From NCBI GenBank assembly GCA_963799365.1, contig CAWCWV010000017.1:199342-263341 (forward strand): a stretch of DNA of 64,000 bases. The letters run 5' to 3'. Position numbers and translations under genes: made by a program. The notes beneath the pieces were generated by a model. It had not been told where the DNA came from, searched no databases, and saw only the letters and a program-made list of their open reading frames with translations. The stretch is from an uncultured Flavobacteriaceae bacterium. Its GTDB lineage: Bacteria; Bacteroidota; Bacteroidia; Flavobacteriales; Flavobacteriaceae. This document shows positions 38,656 through 48,671 of the stretch, piece by piece; the stretch's first letter is position 1, and each line of letters opens with the position of its first letter.

Positions 38656-39654
38656 TTGAAACATATACTCAACAGACTCATCAACCACGAGCAACTCACG
38701 AAAGAGGAGTCGCGCAATGTGTTAATAAATATAAGCGAAGGCAAATATAACAATAGTCAGATAGCAGCATTCCTAACGGTATATATGATGCGAAGTGTTT
38801 CTATCGAAGAGCTGGAAGGCTTTCGCGATGCTTTATTAGATTTATGCCTTGAAGTAAATGTAAAAGCCTACAACACCATAGATTTATGTGGTACAGGAGG
38901 AGATGGAAAAAACACCTTTAACATTTCTACCTTGGCGAGCTTTGTAACGGCAGGGGCTAATATTAAAGTGACCAAACACGGCAATTATGGGGTTTCATCC
39001 ATTAGTGGTAGCAGCAATGTGATGGAGCAATTGGGTATAAAATTCAGTGCCGATTCCAGTTTTTTAATCCGTTGTTTGGACGAATCAAACATTTGCATAT
39101 TACACGCACCCCTCTTCCACCCTGCTATGAAAAACGTGGCGCCTATTAGATACGAGTTAGGGGTAAAAACATTTTTCAACATGTTGGGTCCCATGGTTAA
39201 TCCGGCATTTCCAAAAAACCAATTAGTGGGTGTTTTTAATTTGGAGTTGGCTAGAAAGTATGGCTATTTATATCAAAAAGGGACCAAAAATTACGCAATT
39301 TTGCACGCCATGGACGGGTACGATGAAGTTGCTTTAACGGGACCCGTAAAAATGATTTCAAATACTACCGAAACCATCTTAACTCCAGAAACCTTTGGTG
39401 TTCCACAAATTAAGCAATCTGAAATTTATGGAGGTGAAACGGTGGAAGCTTCCGCAAGAATATTTACTGAAATATTAAAAGGTAAGGGTACCCCGGCACA
39501 AAACAATGTAGTATGCGCAAATGCGGCTTTAGCCATTGCAACTGTTGAAAAATGTAACATTGAAACTGGATTTGAAAAAGCCAAGGAAAGTCTGGAATCC
39601 GGAAGTGCCTTGGCAAGCCTTAAAAAATTACAAACATTAAGTTCGATAATTTAA
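38656..39654 (+). CDS. trpD: anthranilate phosphoribosyltransferase
   Basis: DLCGTGGDGKNTFNIST and KHGN motifs. A non-ATG start is implied by the ORF track. Confidence 0.9.
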   Translation: MKHILNRLINHEQLTKEESRNVLINISEGKYNNSQIAAFLTVYMMRSVSIEELEGFRDALLDLCLEVNVKAYNTIDLCGTGGDGKNTFNISTLASFVTAGANIKVTKHGNYGVSSISGSSNVMEQLGIKFSADSSFLIRCLDESNICILHAPLFHPAMKNVAPIRYELGVKTFFNMLGPMVNPAFPKNQLVGVFNLELARKYGYLYQKGTKNYAILHAMDGYDEVALTGPVKMISNTTETILTPETFGVPQIKQSEIYGGETVEASARIFTEILKGKGTPAQNNVVCANAALAIATVEKCNIETGFEKAKESLESGSALASLKKLQTLSSII

Positions 39655-39703
39655 ATTTATTAGTATTCGACTTCGGTTTCGAAGTCGGTTTCATTTTCAC
39701 TTT

Positions 39704-40486
39704 ATGACTATTCTAGAAAAAATAACCAACTACAAACAAAAGGAAGTTTCAGCAAAAAAAGACGCCTTTCCTATTTCGCTATTGGAGCAATCGCCATGGT
39801 TTGAGCGTTCGACTCAATCGTTAGCTGCTGCTTTAAAAAATGCTCAAACAGGTATCATTGCAGAACACAAACGCAGATCGCCTAGTAAACCAATTATTAA
39901 CAACAACGTACAAGTACAAGATGTGGCTAAAGGGTATGAAACTGCTGGTGTTAGCGGCTTGTCTGTTCTTACAGATACCAACTTTTTTGGGGGTTCGTTA
40001 GAAGATTTGCTCGTGGCAAGAAAAGCAACTTCGTTTCCGCTATTACGGAAAGAATTTATCATAGACCCTTACCAAATCTATGAAGCTAAGGCCAACGGAG
40101 CCGATGCCATTTTACTCATTGCCGCATGCTTAACTAAAACTGAATTGAAAGATTTTTCAATCTTGGCAAAATCGTTACAGCTTGATGTTTTGTTAGAGGT
40201 TCATAATGAGGAAGAAATCCATAAGTCCTTACACCAGACAGTAGATATGATAGGTGTAAATAACAGGAATCTAAAGACATTCGAAACTTCCATAGAAATC
40301 AGTAAACGTTTGGCGACTTTAATTCCAAATGATTTTATAAAGGTATCAGAAAGTGGAATAAGTTCTGTAACAGCAATTTCAGATTTAAAACAATATGGCT
40401 ACCAAGGTTTTTTAATTGGAGAAAATTTTATGAAAAGTGATCACCCAGGAGAGGCTGCCAAACAATTTATAAGTCAATTAAAATGA
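39704..40486 (+). CDS. trpC: indole-3-glycerol-phosphate synthase
   Basis: IIAEHKRRSPSK, SVLTD, LRKEFI and VESGI-like SESGI motifs. Confidence 0.9.
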   Translation: MTILEKITNYKQKEVSAKKDAFPISLLEQSPWFERSTQSLAAALKNAQTGIIAEHKRRSPSKPIINNNVQVQDVAKGYETAGVSGLSVLTDTNFFGGSLEDLLVARKATSFPLLRKEFIIDPYQIYEAKANGADAILLIAACLTKTELKDFSILAKSLQLDVLLEVHNEEEIHKSLHQTVDMIGVNNRNLKTFETSIEISKRLATLIPNDFIKVSESGISSVTAISDLKQYGYQGFLIGENFMKSDHPGEAAKQFISQLK

Positions 40487-41181
40487 AATTGAAAATCTGC
40501 GGAATGCACCATAACATTGCCGAAGTTGCTGCCTTGCAGCCCGACTATCTGGGCTTTATATTTTATAAAGGCAGTAAACGTAATTATACTGGTGAAGAGA
40601 TCCCCGACCTTCCGGGGATAAAGAAAGTTGGAGTTTTTGTGGATGCTTCAATTGAAGAAGTAATTGACAAGACCCGAAAATTTCGGTTGGATGTTATTCA
40701 ATTGCACGGTGATGAAAGTACTGAATTTTGTAAAAATTTAAAGATTGCAACTACATGTGCCTTTGAAGTTCCCGCATTGAGCGGAGTCGAAGTTCCAGCA
40801 CTGAGCGGAGTCGATGTTCCAGCACTGAGCGGAGTCGAAGTGTGGAAAGTGTTCAGCATTAAAGATCATTTCAATTTTTCAATAGTAAAACCCTATGAAA
40901 ATATAGTAGACGCCTTCCTCTTCGATACAAAAGGCCCGGAAAAAGGCGGTAATGGCTACACTTTTAATTGGGATGTTCTCAGGGATTATCCGTCTCAAAC
41001 ACCATTTGTATTAAGTGGTGGAATTGGTTTGGAGGAAATTTCGGCAGTCAAGGAAATTCAAAAAACCAAGCTTCCTATTATGGCGATAGACGTAAACAGC
41101 AAATTTGAAACAGCACCAGGATTAAAAAATATTGAAACGATACGTACTTTTCTAAATGAAACGAGAAACAATGAACAATAA
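40483..41181 (+). CDS. trpF: phosphoribosylanthranilate isomerase carrying a 24-aa in-frame repeat insertion
   Basis: [20 protein letters not shown] and LSGGIGLEE motifs. At 232 aa it is longer than the roughly 205-215 aa usual for TrpF, owing to (VPALSGVE/D)x3. Confidence 0.85.
   Translation: MKLKICGMHHNIAEVAALQPDYLGFIFYKGSKRNYTGEEIPDLPGIKKVGVFVDASIEEVIDKTRKFRLDVIQLHGDESTEFCKNLKIATTCAFEVPALSGVEVPALSGVDVPALSGVEVWKVFSIKDHFNFSIVKPYENIVDAFLFDTKGPEKGGNGYTFNWDVLRDYPSQTPFVLSGGIGLEEISAVKEIQKTKLPIMAIDVNSKFETAPGLKNIETIRTFLNETRNNEQ
40768..40839 (+). repeat. 3 x 24-bp head-to-tail tandem repeat inside the trpF coding sequence
   Basis: Copies at 40768-40791 (GTTCCCGCATTGAGCGGAGTCGAA), 40792-40815 (GTTCCAGCACTGAGCGGAGTCGAT) and 40816-40839 (GTTCCAGCACTGAGCGGAGTCGAA). 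Confidence 0.95.
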
Positions 41182-42376
41182 TCAACAAACTACAAACACT
41201 TTTAATGTAAACGATAAAGGTTACTACGGCGAATTTGGGGGAGCTTACATTCCTGAAATGCTTTATCCAAATGTAGAAGAATTGCGTCAAAACTATATAA
41301 ATGTGATGCAGGAAGAGGACTTTATTAATGAATTTAATTCGTTATTAAAAGAATATGTAGGACGCCCTACGCCACTCTATTTTGCGAAACGCCTTTCAGA
41401 AAAATACAACACAAAAATTTATCTGAAACGAGAAGATCTTTGTCATACAGGTGCACATAAAGTAAATAATACAATTGGGCAGATCTTGATGGCAAAACGC
41501 CTGGGTAAAAACCGAATAATTGCTGAAACTGGTGCAGGACAACACGGCGTTGCTACTGCAACCGTTTGTGCGTTAATGGGATTGGAATGTATAGTGTATA
41601 TGGGCTCTATAGATATTAAGCGCCAAGCCCCAAACGTAGCGAGGATGAAAATGCTGGGAGCTACCGTTGTCCCAGCTACTAGCGGAAGTAAAACCCTTAA
41701 AGATGCCACTAACGAAGCCATAAGAGATTGGATTAATAACCCCACAGACACCCACTATATTATTGGTAGTGTGGTAGGCCCTCACCCCTATCCAGATATG
41801 GTAGCACGATTTCAAAGTGTGATTTCGCAGGAAATAAAAATTCAATTACAGGAAAAAGAAAATCGGGAAGCTCCGGATTATGTAGTTGCCTGTGTAGGGG
41901 GTGGTAGCAACGCGGCTGGCGCTTATTATCATTACCTGGACAACACAAATGTAGGAATAATTGCTGTAGAAGCTGCCGGGAAAGGAGTACATAGCGGGGA
42001 GAGTGCTGCAACTTCTGCTTTAGGAAAAATAGGTATTATTCACGGTAGCAAAACTTTGTTGATGCAAACAACAGACGGACAAATAACCGAACCTTATAGT
42101 ATTTCAGCAGGCTTAGATTATCCGGGTGTAGGCCCAATGCACGCAAACTTGTATGCAAGTGGAAGAGGCGAATTTATCTCGGTAACAGATGAAGATGCTA
42201 TGAAAGCTGGACTTGAATTAAGCAAACTGGAAGGCATCATTCCTGCCATTGAAACCAGTCATGCCCTAGCTATTTTTGAAACCCGTAAATTTAAACCCAA
42301 CGATATTGTGGTGGTAAACCTAAGTGGGCGTGGAGATAAGGATCTTTCAACGTATATAGACTACTTTAATTTATAG
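41171..42376 (+). CDS. trpB: tryptophan synthase beta chain
   Basis: [19 protein letters not shown] (PLP lysine), GGGSNA and SHAL motifs. The ORF track starts at 41156, but the likely start is MNNNQQ at 41171. Confidence 0.9.
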   Translation: MNNNQQTTNTFNVNDKGYYGEFGGAYIPEMLYPNVEELRQNYINVMQEEDFINEFNSLLKEYVGRPTPLYFAKRLSEKYNTKIYLKREDLCHTGAHKVNNTIGQILMAKRLGKNRIIAETGAGQHGVATATVCALMGLECIVYMGSIDIKRQAPNVARMKMLGATVVPATSGSKTLKDATNEAIRDWINNPTDTHYIIGSVVGPHPYPDMVARFQSVISQEIKIQLQEKENREAPDYVVACVGGGSNAAGAYYHYLDNTNVGIIAVEAAGKGVHSGESAATSALGKIGIIHGSKTLLMQTTDGQITEPYSISAGLDYPGVGPMHANLYASGRGEFISVTDEDAMKAGLELSKLEGIIPAIETSHALAIFETRKFKPNDIVVVNLSGRGDKDLSTYIDYFNL

Positions 42377-42453
42377 GGCGAGTCCCTAAACGGGTCGGGC
42401 TATCATCGCTTAACGGTAGCGTATTCTATCCCTCTCGCAAAAACATAACAACT

Positions 42454-43215
42454 ATGAAACGTATTCAGGAAAAACTACAGGAAAACAAAAAACTATTATC
42501 TATTTATTTCACTGCCGGATATCCTAATCTAGAAGACACTGTCCCTATTTTGGAAGCCCTGGAAAAAAATGGTGTGGATATGGTAGAAATTGGATTGCCT
42601 TTTAGCGATCCCCTGGCAGACGGCCCAACCATTCAGGCTAGTTCTACGCAAGCATTAAGAAATGGTATGACTACCCAAAAGCTTTTTGAACAATTAGAAG
42701 GTATTCGCGAAAAGATCTCCATTCCGTTAATTATAATGGGATATTTTAATCCTGTGCTACAATATGGTGTAGAAGCTTTCTGCAAAAAATGCCTAGAAAC
42801 AGGAATTGATGGATTGATTCTCCCAGATCTTCCGTTAGCTGAATACCAAGAACATTACCAATCCATTTTTGAAAAATATGGTCTTGCTAACATATTTCTT
42901 ATCACACCCCAAACTTCAGATGAAAGAATTAAAGAACTAGATAATGCGAGTAATGCATTTATATACATGGTAAGTAGCGCAACTGTTACAGGTTCGAAAG
43001 AAGGATTTGGAGACACACAAACCAAATATTTCAACCGTATTGCGACTATGAATTTAATGAACCCACAAATTGTAGGGTTTGGTATTGGTGATTCAGATAC
43101 ATTTCAGGCTGCTACAAAACAAGCAAAAGGGGCTATTATTGGGAGTGCGTTTATTAAAATGATAACCGAAGAAGGTCTTACTGGAATTCCTGATTTTGTT
43201 AATAGTATGAGATAG
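42454..43215 (+). CDS. trpA: tryptophan synthase alpha chain
   Basis: VEIGLPFSDPLADGPTIQ and GFGI motifs. Confidence 0.9.
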   Translation: MKRIQEKLQENKKLLSIYFTAGYPNLEDTVPILEALEKNGVDMVEIGLPFSDPLADGPTIQASSTQALRNGMTTQKLFEQLEGIREKISIPLIIMGYFNPVLQYGVEAFCKKCLETGIDGLILPDLPLAEYQEHYQSIFEKYGLANIFLITPQTSDERIKELDNASNAFIYMVSSATVTGSKEGFGDTQTKYFNRIATMNLMNPQIVGFGIGDSDTFQAATKQAKGAIIGSAFIKMITEEGLTGIPDFVNSMR

Positions 43216-43488
43216 TTTAACCCGAGTTTAGCAACCTCTTAAGTAAAATTTGCATTTACTATCCCTATATTTAATTAACAAATAAAAAAAATATGGAACG
43301 TAAATTTGAAAGAAAAACAGTACAGAACACTCCTACAAATCCCAACCCTAAAACAAAAAGGGAGAACAATGAGTTTGATATAGAGAAAAAAACTATCAAA
43401 AAACAACAAAATAAAACATAGGATAATCCTAAAGTTATGTCTAGTCCTAAATAACCGATACAGATTATTAAAGGATTAAATTTATTAA

Positions 43489-44412
43489 TTAAAGCTGAAC
43501 AATGATATCATTGTTCAGCTTTTTTGATTTGTACTGTTTTCTTTTCAGTTTATTCTGTGCGTGCATTTGTACAGGTGTGAGCATATGGTTTGACAAATGA
43601 GGTCTTTGATTGTTATAGATTTCTATTGCATTTTTTATGAGCGCCCTTTTTAATGCTAAGCTTTTGATATTTCTTGCCACCCCAAATTCTTGTTTCAATA
43701 TACCATTAACCCTTTCGGCGATTGCATTTTCATAGGGGTCATACTTTTCTGTCATACTTGAGCTTATGTCGTTGTCGTTAAGTAGTTGTTGGTACTCGTT
43801 GGAACAATATTGCAACCCCCTGTCGGAGTGATGTATCAGCGTTTGGTTCTTATGAACTCTTTTTTTAAGTGCCATACCTAGTGCTTTCAAAGACCCTGTC
43901 ACGCTTAAGCTTTTTGACACATTATAACCTACAATTTTCTTTGAGTATGCATCTGTAATCAAAGCCAGGTAAGATGGGTCTGCCCTAGTTCCAACATAGG
44001 TTATGTCGCTGACCCATATGGTTTCTGGTTTTTCTATTTCAATAGTAGTGATAAGGTTCTTGTGTTTTCTGAAACGGTGATGGGAGTCTGTTGTGATATG
44101 ATAACTTCGCTTTGGTTTTATGAGCATATGGTTGGCTCTTAAAATTCTATAGAGTTTGTCCCTGCCCACATTTAAGATAGCAAGTTCAGCTTTGAGTAAA
44201 TAGTACAACTTTCTTGTACCTAGTCTTGGCATAATACCGCGTATGTCTCTAACTAACGCTATAACCTTTTGAGCTACAAGTTGTTTGTAGGCTTTTGATT
44301 TGATGGATCTATAGTAAACCTGTCTGTTTACCCCGAGTAAATCACAGGTAGAAACTAACGTTTCTTTGTGTTCTTCTTTGAAGCGGTCGATAACTCGGGT
44401 TTGTAATTTTTT
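43489..44412 (-). CDS. IS3 transposase OrfB (DDE), frame open upstream to a slippery A-run
   Basis: WVSDITYV, HHSDRGLQY and YDPYENAIAERVN motifs. The -1 frame is open from AAAAAAT (plus-strand ATTTTTT at 44406-44412) and reads KKLQTRVIDRFKEEHKETLVSTCDLLGVNRQVYYRS... Confidence 0.8.
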   Translation of the reverse strand, partial: KKLQTRVIDRFKEEHKETLVSTCDLLGVNRQVYYRSIKSKAYKQLVAQKVIALVRDIRGIMPRLGTRKLYYLLKAELAILNVGRDKLYRILRANHMLIKPKRSYHITTDSHHRFRKHKNLITTIEIEKPETIWVSDITYVGTRADPSYLALITDAYSKKIVGYNVSKSLSVTGSLKALGMALKKRVHKNQTLIHHSDRGLQYCSNEYQQLLNDNDISSSMTEKYDPYENAIAERVNGILKQEFGVARNIKSLALKRALIKNAIEIYNNQRPHLSNHMLTPVQMHAQNKLKRKQYKSKKLNNDIIVQL

Positions 44413-44789
44413 CTGATTTGGATATCATATTCCTTCTCTGCCATATCTACCAGCATATCGAAGATGATGACTTTCTTATCCGCCCTTTCAGCAAGATGCT
44501 CTGCACGAGCCTTCTGTTTCTCCAATAGTTTGACTTTGGCCTCTAGTTCAAGGATTCTTTGTTCAGGTGTCTTTGCCACGGTTGTCTTAGATTGATTTTC
44601 CCAATCAAAGTTACCATATTTTCTGAGCCATTCCCTAATAGTAGATTTAGCTTGGATGCCATATTTGTGGCAAGCTTCCGTTCTGCTTAATTCACCAAGC
44701 TCTATTTCTTGGACAACTTGGAGTTTAAAAGAAATCGAGTAATCTTTCTGGGTACGTTTTACATAACCCGTGTTTTCTGATGTTTTCAT
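44355..44789 (-). CDS. IS3 transposase OrfA (HTH)
   Basis: 144 aa with an HTH (ACHKYGIQAKSTIREWLRKY) and a coiled coil. Confidence 0.8.
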   Translation of the reverse strand: MKTSENTGYVKRTQKDYSISFKLQVVQEIELGELSRTEACHKYGIQAKSTIREWLRKYGNFDWENQSKTTVAKTPEQRILELEAKVKLLEKQKARAEHLAERADKKVIIFDMLVDMAEKEYDIQIRKNYKPELSTASKKNTKKR

Positions 44790-44837
44790 TACACTAGAGT
44801 TTTAGTGTATCGCTATTTTAGGACGGGACATTATTTT

Positions 44838-44876
44838 AAAACAAAACCCCCTTCCATTTCTGGAAGAGGGTTTCTT
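44838..44876 (-). terminator. rho-independent terminator of the 1193-aa gene
   Basis: On the minus strand: CCCTCTTCCA-gaaa-TGGAAGGGGG followed by TTTTGTTTT. The stem contains one bulge. Confidence 0.65.
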
Positions 44877-44901
44877 TTGGTTGGTTAAATAATCTTTTGG
44901 A

Positions 44902-47900
44902 TTATTCTTTAATCAAACGTTTTACAACGCTTGCGTTTTCACTTTCTATCTGTACAATATAAACTCCAGAAGCCAATTTAGAAATATCAATTGTTTTCTC
45001 TGTGCTCATATTTGTAAGATCTACAGTGTTCACTAACTTTCCATTTACATCGTACATAGTTGCTTTGTTAAGCAGGATGTTAGATGCGTTAGACAGTACC
45101 ACTTGGTTCTGTGCAGGGTTAGGATATAGTGTTATTCCTGTCTCTAGTGAGTTATCGTCTACACCTAAAACGCTTTCGATGGTAAGTTCGAAGGTACAAG
45201 TACCTATGTTGCCATACTCATCTGTTGCGCTCAAGGTAACTGTATACACACCATCACCAAGGAACGATCCTGCTACTGGATCCTGTGTGAATAGCGTCAC
45301 TGGATCTGTACAGTTGTCTAGAGCAGTAGCAAGTCCATCTGCGAAGTAATCTGGTACTTCATACAATTGGGTACCTGCTCCTGGATCTATAGTCATATCT
45401 GCCGGGCAGGTAACTACTGGAGCCAATAGGTCCACAACAGTTACGGTAGCTGTACAGGAAGCAAGGTTTCCACTTGGGTCACTTACGAATAGTGTTACTG
45501 TTTGTGGAGTTCCTATATCATCACAGTCAAAGTCATCCATACTTACTGCATCTACACTAAGACCACAAGCCTCAAAGGTAAGATCCATATCTATAAGGTC
45601 CATAGGGTCTAGCATAGCTGTACCATCTGCTCCTAATTCAAGAGTGAAGTCTTTACATACTAAGATAGGATCTATGTTGTCTATTACATTTATTGTTGCA
45701 GTACACATAGAAGTGTTTCCAGCGGTATCAGTAACTGTTACTTCAACAGTCATCTCTCCTACGTCTTCACAATCTACCATGAAACTTTCAACAGGTACTG
45801 GTGTAGTAGATTCAACTAAATAGTTAATTCTTCCATTCCAGATTCTAGGGCTAAACGCTGTACCAGCAAATGGCGCAGCAGATGAAGCTCCTAAATTAAG
45901 GGTTACATCTGCATTACTATACATAAGCATTCCTGGTGCAGGATTTGTTCCTGTTCCTGAATACGAATGACCGTGCGTAGCATCCATCACTAGGGCAACA
46001 CCGTAAGTAGTTCCTGCTGTTAATGTTACAGAAGCGTCCAGTACCGCATTACTAGGTACGTTTACAGTTCCTGAAGCAGTACCAGCACCTGTAGCAGATA
46101 ATGTCCAAGGGGCAGGATTTGCAGTGTTTCCTACATAAGTTCCTACTAGGGTGTACATCTCTACCGTAAAGGCTCCTGGGTCTCCCGTATTAAGATCTAA
46201 ATCTGTGATCTCAATATCGTTAGCTCCTACAGTAACATCAAAGTATACTGCACTACCACCGCCAAGACCGTTGTTAGAGTCAAATACAGTTGTAATAGAA
46301 GATGCAGCAATTCCAGTAACGTCGGTAGTTGCTGTTACAGCACCACAGTTATCTGTTGCACTTACTAATAGATCGGCAACATTTACAGTAGCCATACCGT
46401 TAGCGTCTAAGATTACATTAAATGGTGGAGAAGTAGCAAGGTTATAAGATAATATGAAATTATCTACTCCAGCGCCCCATCCCCAATCGTTTTCATCATC
46501 GAAAGTAAAACGAACTTGGAAGTTTGCGTTTGCAAAAGCAAGCACATCAACAGGTGCGAAAGTTGTAGGAGCTTGGTCAGTATCATCTACCACAAGGATC
46601 GATTGCCAAGCGGCACCATCAAAAACCTCTACAGTAAAAAGTCCTGCTCCAATAAAATCCTGCACAGCATAGTCAAAACCAACTGTAGCCATATCGGCTC
46701 CTGTAAGATCATACACTGGAGATAACAACTCTACAGTATTATCCAATTCTCCAGATCCTGCAGCATCATCATTAAAAATTGCAGCGTTGGTTGGGAAATC
46801 AGCACCAATTGGCATATCGCCACTTCCAAATTCCCAATCAAAATTACCAGAAACTACATTAGTACTCCATCCGGCTGGAGTAGTTGCACCTTCAAATTCT
46901 TCCAAAATATTGAACACACCTGGCTCACCAATACATTGTATCTGTGGAGCTTCATCATCAGTTACTGTAACGTTCATAGTACAATCTGCACTGTTTCCAG
47001 CAGCATCTGTATAGGTCCAGGTTACCACTGTAGTTCCTACTGGGTAGAAATCTGAGGCATCATTAGTTCCGTTATAATCGTTGCTCAATGTTGAACCAGT
47101 AGCCATTCCTTGCTCTGCACTCAAACTATAATTGTTACCACCTGCACATAAAGTAGGATTAACTTGTGGATCAGCTAAAAGTGTAAATGTAAGGTCTGGA
47201 CCAAAAGTAGTTACCCAACCATTCCAAGTTGCTTCAGGAATTGTAACAACAGCTTGATTTGGAGCAGCAGGACAGTCTGCAGTATTTGAGCTATCACTTA
47301 GCACCAAAGAACCATCAGGACCTTGAAGGTCGAAAGATTCTCCTGGGAAACTAAAGTCTCCAGTAAAGGTAGCTGTTAGTGTTACATCGCCTCCAATAGA
47401 CATTTGAGTACCAGCGATAACCGTTGGCGTGTTTGCCAATTGTCCAGTACCTAGGAAATTTGTGGTAGGACTGTTAGCAACCGGAGGTGGATTGTTTGCC
47501 ACCACAGGACAGTTGTCCATAATAGTTGGTGCTGGAACCGTTACATTAGCGCCGCAAACACCAACATCGTTTGATTGTGATATATCTGCCGGACACGTTA
47601 TGGTTGGCGCTTCATTATCTACTACCGTTATTGTAAACTGGCAAGTAGTTGTTTCGTTAGGGGCATCGTCATTGGTTGCTGTAAACTCTATAATGGTCAC
47701 TCCTACAGGATAAGGTCCTGGAGATGGAGCTCCCATAGTTTGTGTTACTGTTACCGTTCCGCCATTAGGGTCTAATGCCGTTGGTGTCGCAAAACCAAAA
47801 GGCGCTTCACAAGCTCCCGGACTGGCATTAACCATTTGATCGCCTGGGCAGTTTATGATTGGATCATCAGCTCCGGCTACTGCATAGGTAACACGCAATT

Positions 47901-48483
47901 GCGGAACAAAAAAGTTTCCAGTATCTCCAAATCCAGTATCTGAGATCCGTACGATCCAATTACCATTGGGATTTAATCCAGATGCTGTTATAGCTGCAGC
48001 AAAATTTGCAAAATTTGCAGATGGTGGATTTCCAACCAAACTAGTGTTTGGAAAATAAGCACAACGAGCGTCATCACGACATATAACCGCACCACCAAGG
48101 ATTGTATTACCCATTGTCTCAGGGTTATCCATAGACGTATCGTTAAAAGTAATTGGTGAAGTTGTAAGTAAATCACTACTATCTCCAGCACCTGTATCAG
48201 TTCCAGGCTTATTTACTAAACCAATAGAATTTCCAGTAGGAGCGGTTAATGTAATAATAAGATCGCCAGCCCAAGTATGGTTAATGGCAAGATCTACACT
48301 CACATTTGTAATAGTAGCACCAGCTGGGATGCCTGCAATTGCAACATTGCTTGGTATACCAGTGGGATTATTATCTGGTATGGCTACAGAGGTGAGATTA
48401 CTGCCCGTAACCGTTTGTGCTGTACTCACCCACACACAACACGTGAGCAGTAAAGCCATTAAGGTAAATGTAATTTTTTTCAT
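44902..48483 (-). CDS. large secreted T9SS cargo protein: N-terminal proprotein-convertase P-domain-like module, about 5 HYR-like modules, a MAM/choice-of-anchor-like module, and a C-terminal Por sorting domain
   Basis: Signal peptide. P-domain-like INHTWAGDLIITLTAPTG. Repeated ...TDxxGNxxxCxxxVxVxDxxxPxxxC modules. C-terminal LYPNPAQNQVVL...GVYIVQIESENASVVKRLIKE (TIGR04183-like). Confidence 0.75.
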   Translation of the reverse strand: MKKITFTLMALLLTCCVWVSTAQTVTGSNLTSVAIPDNNPTGIPSNVAIAGIPAGATITNVSVDLAINHTWAGDLIITLTAPTGNSIGLVNKPGTDTGAGDSSDLLTTSPITFNDTSMDNPETMGNTILGGAVICRDDARCAYFPNTSLVGNPPSANFANFAAAITASGLNPNGNWIVRISDTGFGDTGNFFVPQLRVTYAVAGADDPIINCPGDQMVNASPGACEAPFGFATPTALDPNGGTVTVTQTMGAPSPGPYPVGVTIIEFTATNDDAPNETTTCQFTITVVDNEAPTITCPADISQSNDVGVCGANVTVPAPTIMDNCPVVANNPPPVANSPTTNFLGTGQLANTPTVIAGTQMSIGGDVTLTATFTGDFSFPGESFDLQGPDGSLVLSDSSNTADCPAAPNQAVVTIPEATWNGWVTTFGPDLTFTLLADPQVNPTLCAGGNNYSLSAEQGMATGSTLSNDYNGTNDASDFYPVGTTVVTWTYTDAAGNSADCTMNVTVTDDEAPQIQCIGEPGVFNILEEFEGATTPAGWSTNVVSGNFDWEFGSGDMPIGADFPTNAAIFNDDAAGSGELDNTVELLSPVYDLTGADMATVGFDYAVQDFIGAGLFTVEVFDGAAWQSILVVDDTDQAPTTFAPVDVLAFANANFQVRFTFDDENDWGWGAGVDNFILSYNLATSPPFNVILDANGMATVNVADLLVSATDNCGAVTATTDVTGIAASSITTVFDSNNGLGGGSAVYFDVTVGANDIEITDLDLNTGDPGAFTVEMYTLVGTYVGNTANPAPWTLSATGAGTASGTVNVPSNAVLDASVTLTAGTTYGVALVMDATHGHSYSGTGTNPAPGMLMYSNADVTLNLGASSAAPFAGTAFSPRIWNGRINYLVESTTPVPVESFMVDCEDVGEMTVEVTVTDTAGNTSMCTATINVIDNIDPILVCKDFTLELGADGTAMLDPMDLIDMDLTFEACGLSVDAVSMDDFDCDDIGTPQTVTLFVSDPSGNLASCTATVTVVDLLAPVVTCPADMTIDPGAGTQLYEVPDYFADGLATALDNCTDPVTLFTQDPVAGSFLGDGVYTVTLSATDEYGNIGTCTFELTIESVLGVDDNSLETGITLYPNPAQNQVVLSNASNILLNKATMYDVNGKLVNTVDLTNMSTEKTIDISKLASGVYIVQIESENASVVKRLIKE

Positions 48484-48671
48484 ATAAATAAAGTTTAATA
48501 GTTAAGAGGGTGTTAATATAACAAAAAAAACGTTAAAATTAGGGTTGCTACACAATAAACTTGACGTTACATTGAAATATTCTTATTTAAGAATTTCATT
48601 TTCTCAAAACACAAATACCCAATATTCAATGTCATGTTTTTATATATTTGTTTGGCCTAAATAATCCAGCC

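Larger units (their letters stand above)
43438..44830 (-). mobile_element. second IS3-family insertion sequence (1393 bp), distinct from the first
   Basis: Termini are TG...CA. The terminal inverted repeats are TGTCTAGTCCTAAATAACCGATACA and, in reverse complement, TGTCCCGTCCTAAAATAGCGATACA (about 20/25 matches). A 3-bp direct repeat TTA flanks it at 43435-43437 and 44831-44833. Confidence 0.85.

Noticed and set aside
39668-39687. Hairpin CGACTTCG-gttt-CGAAGTCG between trpD and trpC as an internal terminator
   Set aside because: No U-tract follows it, and it lies inside a tightly packed operon. It is more likely another small GC-rich intergenic insert of the GTCGAAG-type family; it is covered by the trpF repeat finding in spirit but not claimed as a terminator.
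40768-40839. Possible CRISPR array (regular direct repeats); the same question was asked of 52673-52702
   Set aside because: The repeats are head-to-tail with no spacers, too short, and in one case in frame inside trpF. No cas genes are present in the window.
43293-43421. 42-codon Lys/Asn-rich ORF (MERKFERKTVQNTPTNPNPKTKRENNEF...) between trpA and the second IS
   Set aside because: Its low-complexity composition is typical of AT-rich intergenic DNA, and there is no supporting signal.
45002-48487. Many 60-115 aa plus-strand ORFs opposite the 1193-aa gene, and similar antisense ORFs inside ccoI, trpB, the kinase, the FtsX permease and others
   Set aside because: These are shadow ORFs on the opposite strand (or out of frame) of long, well-supported genes. 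They have low-complexity, Ser/Thr/Val-rich translations with no start context.
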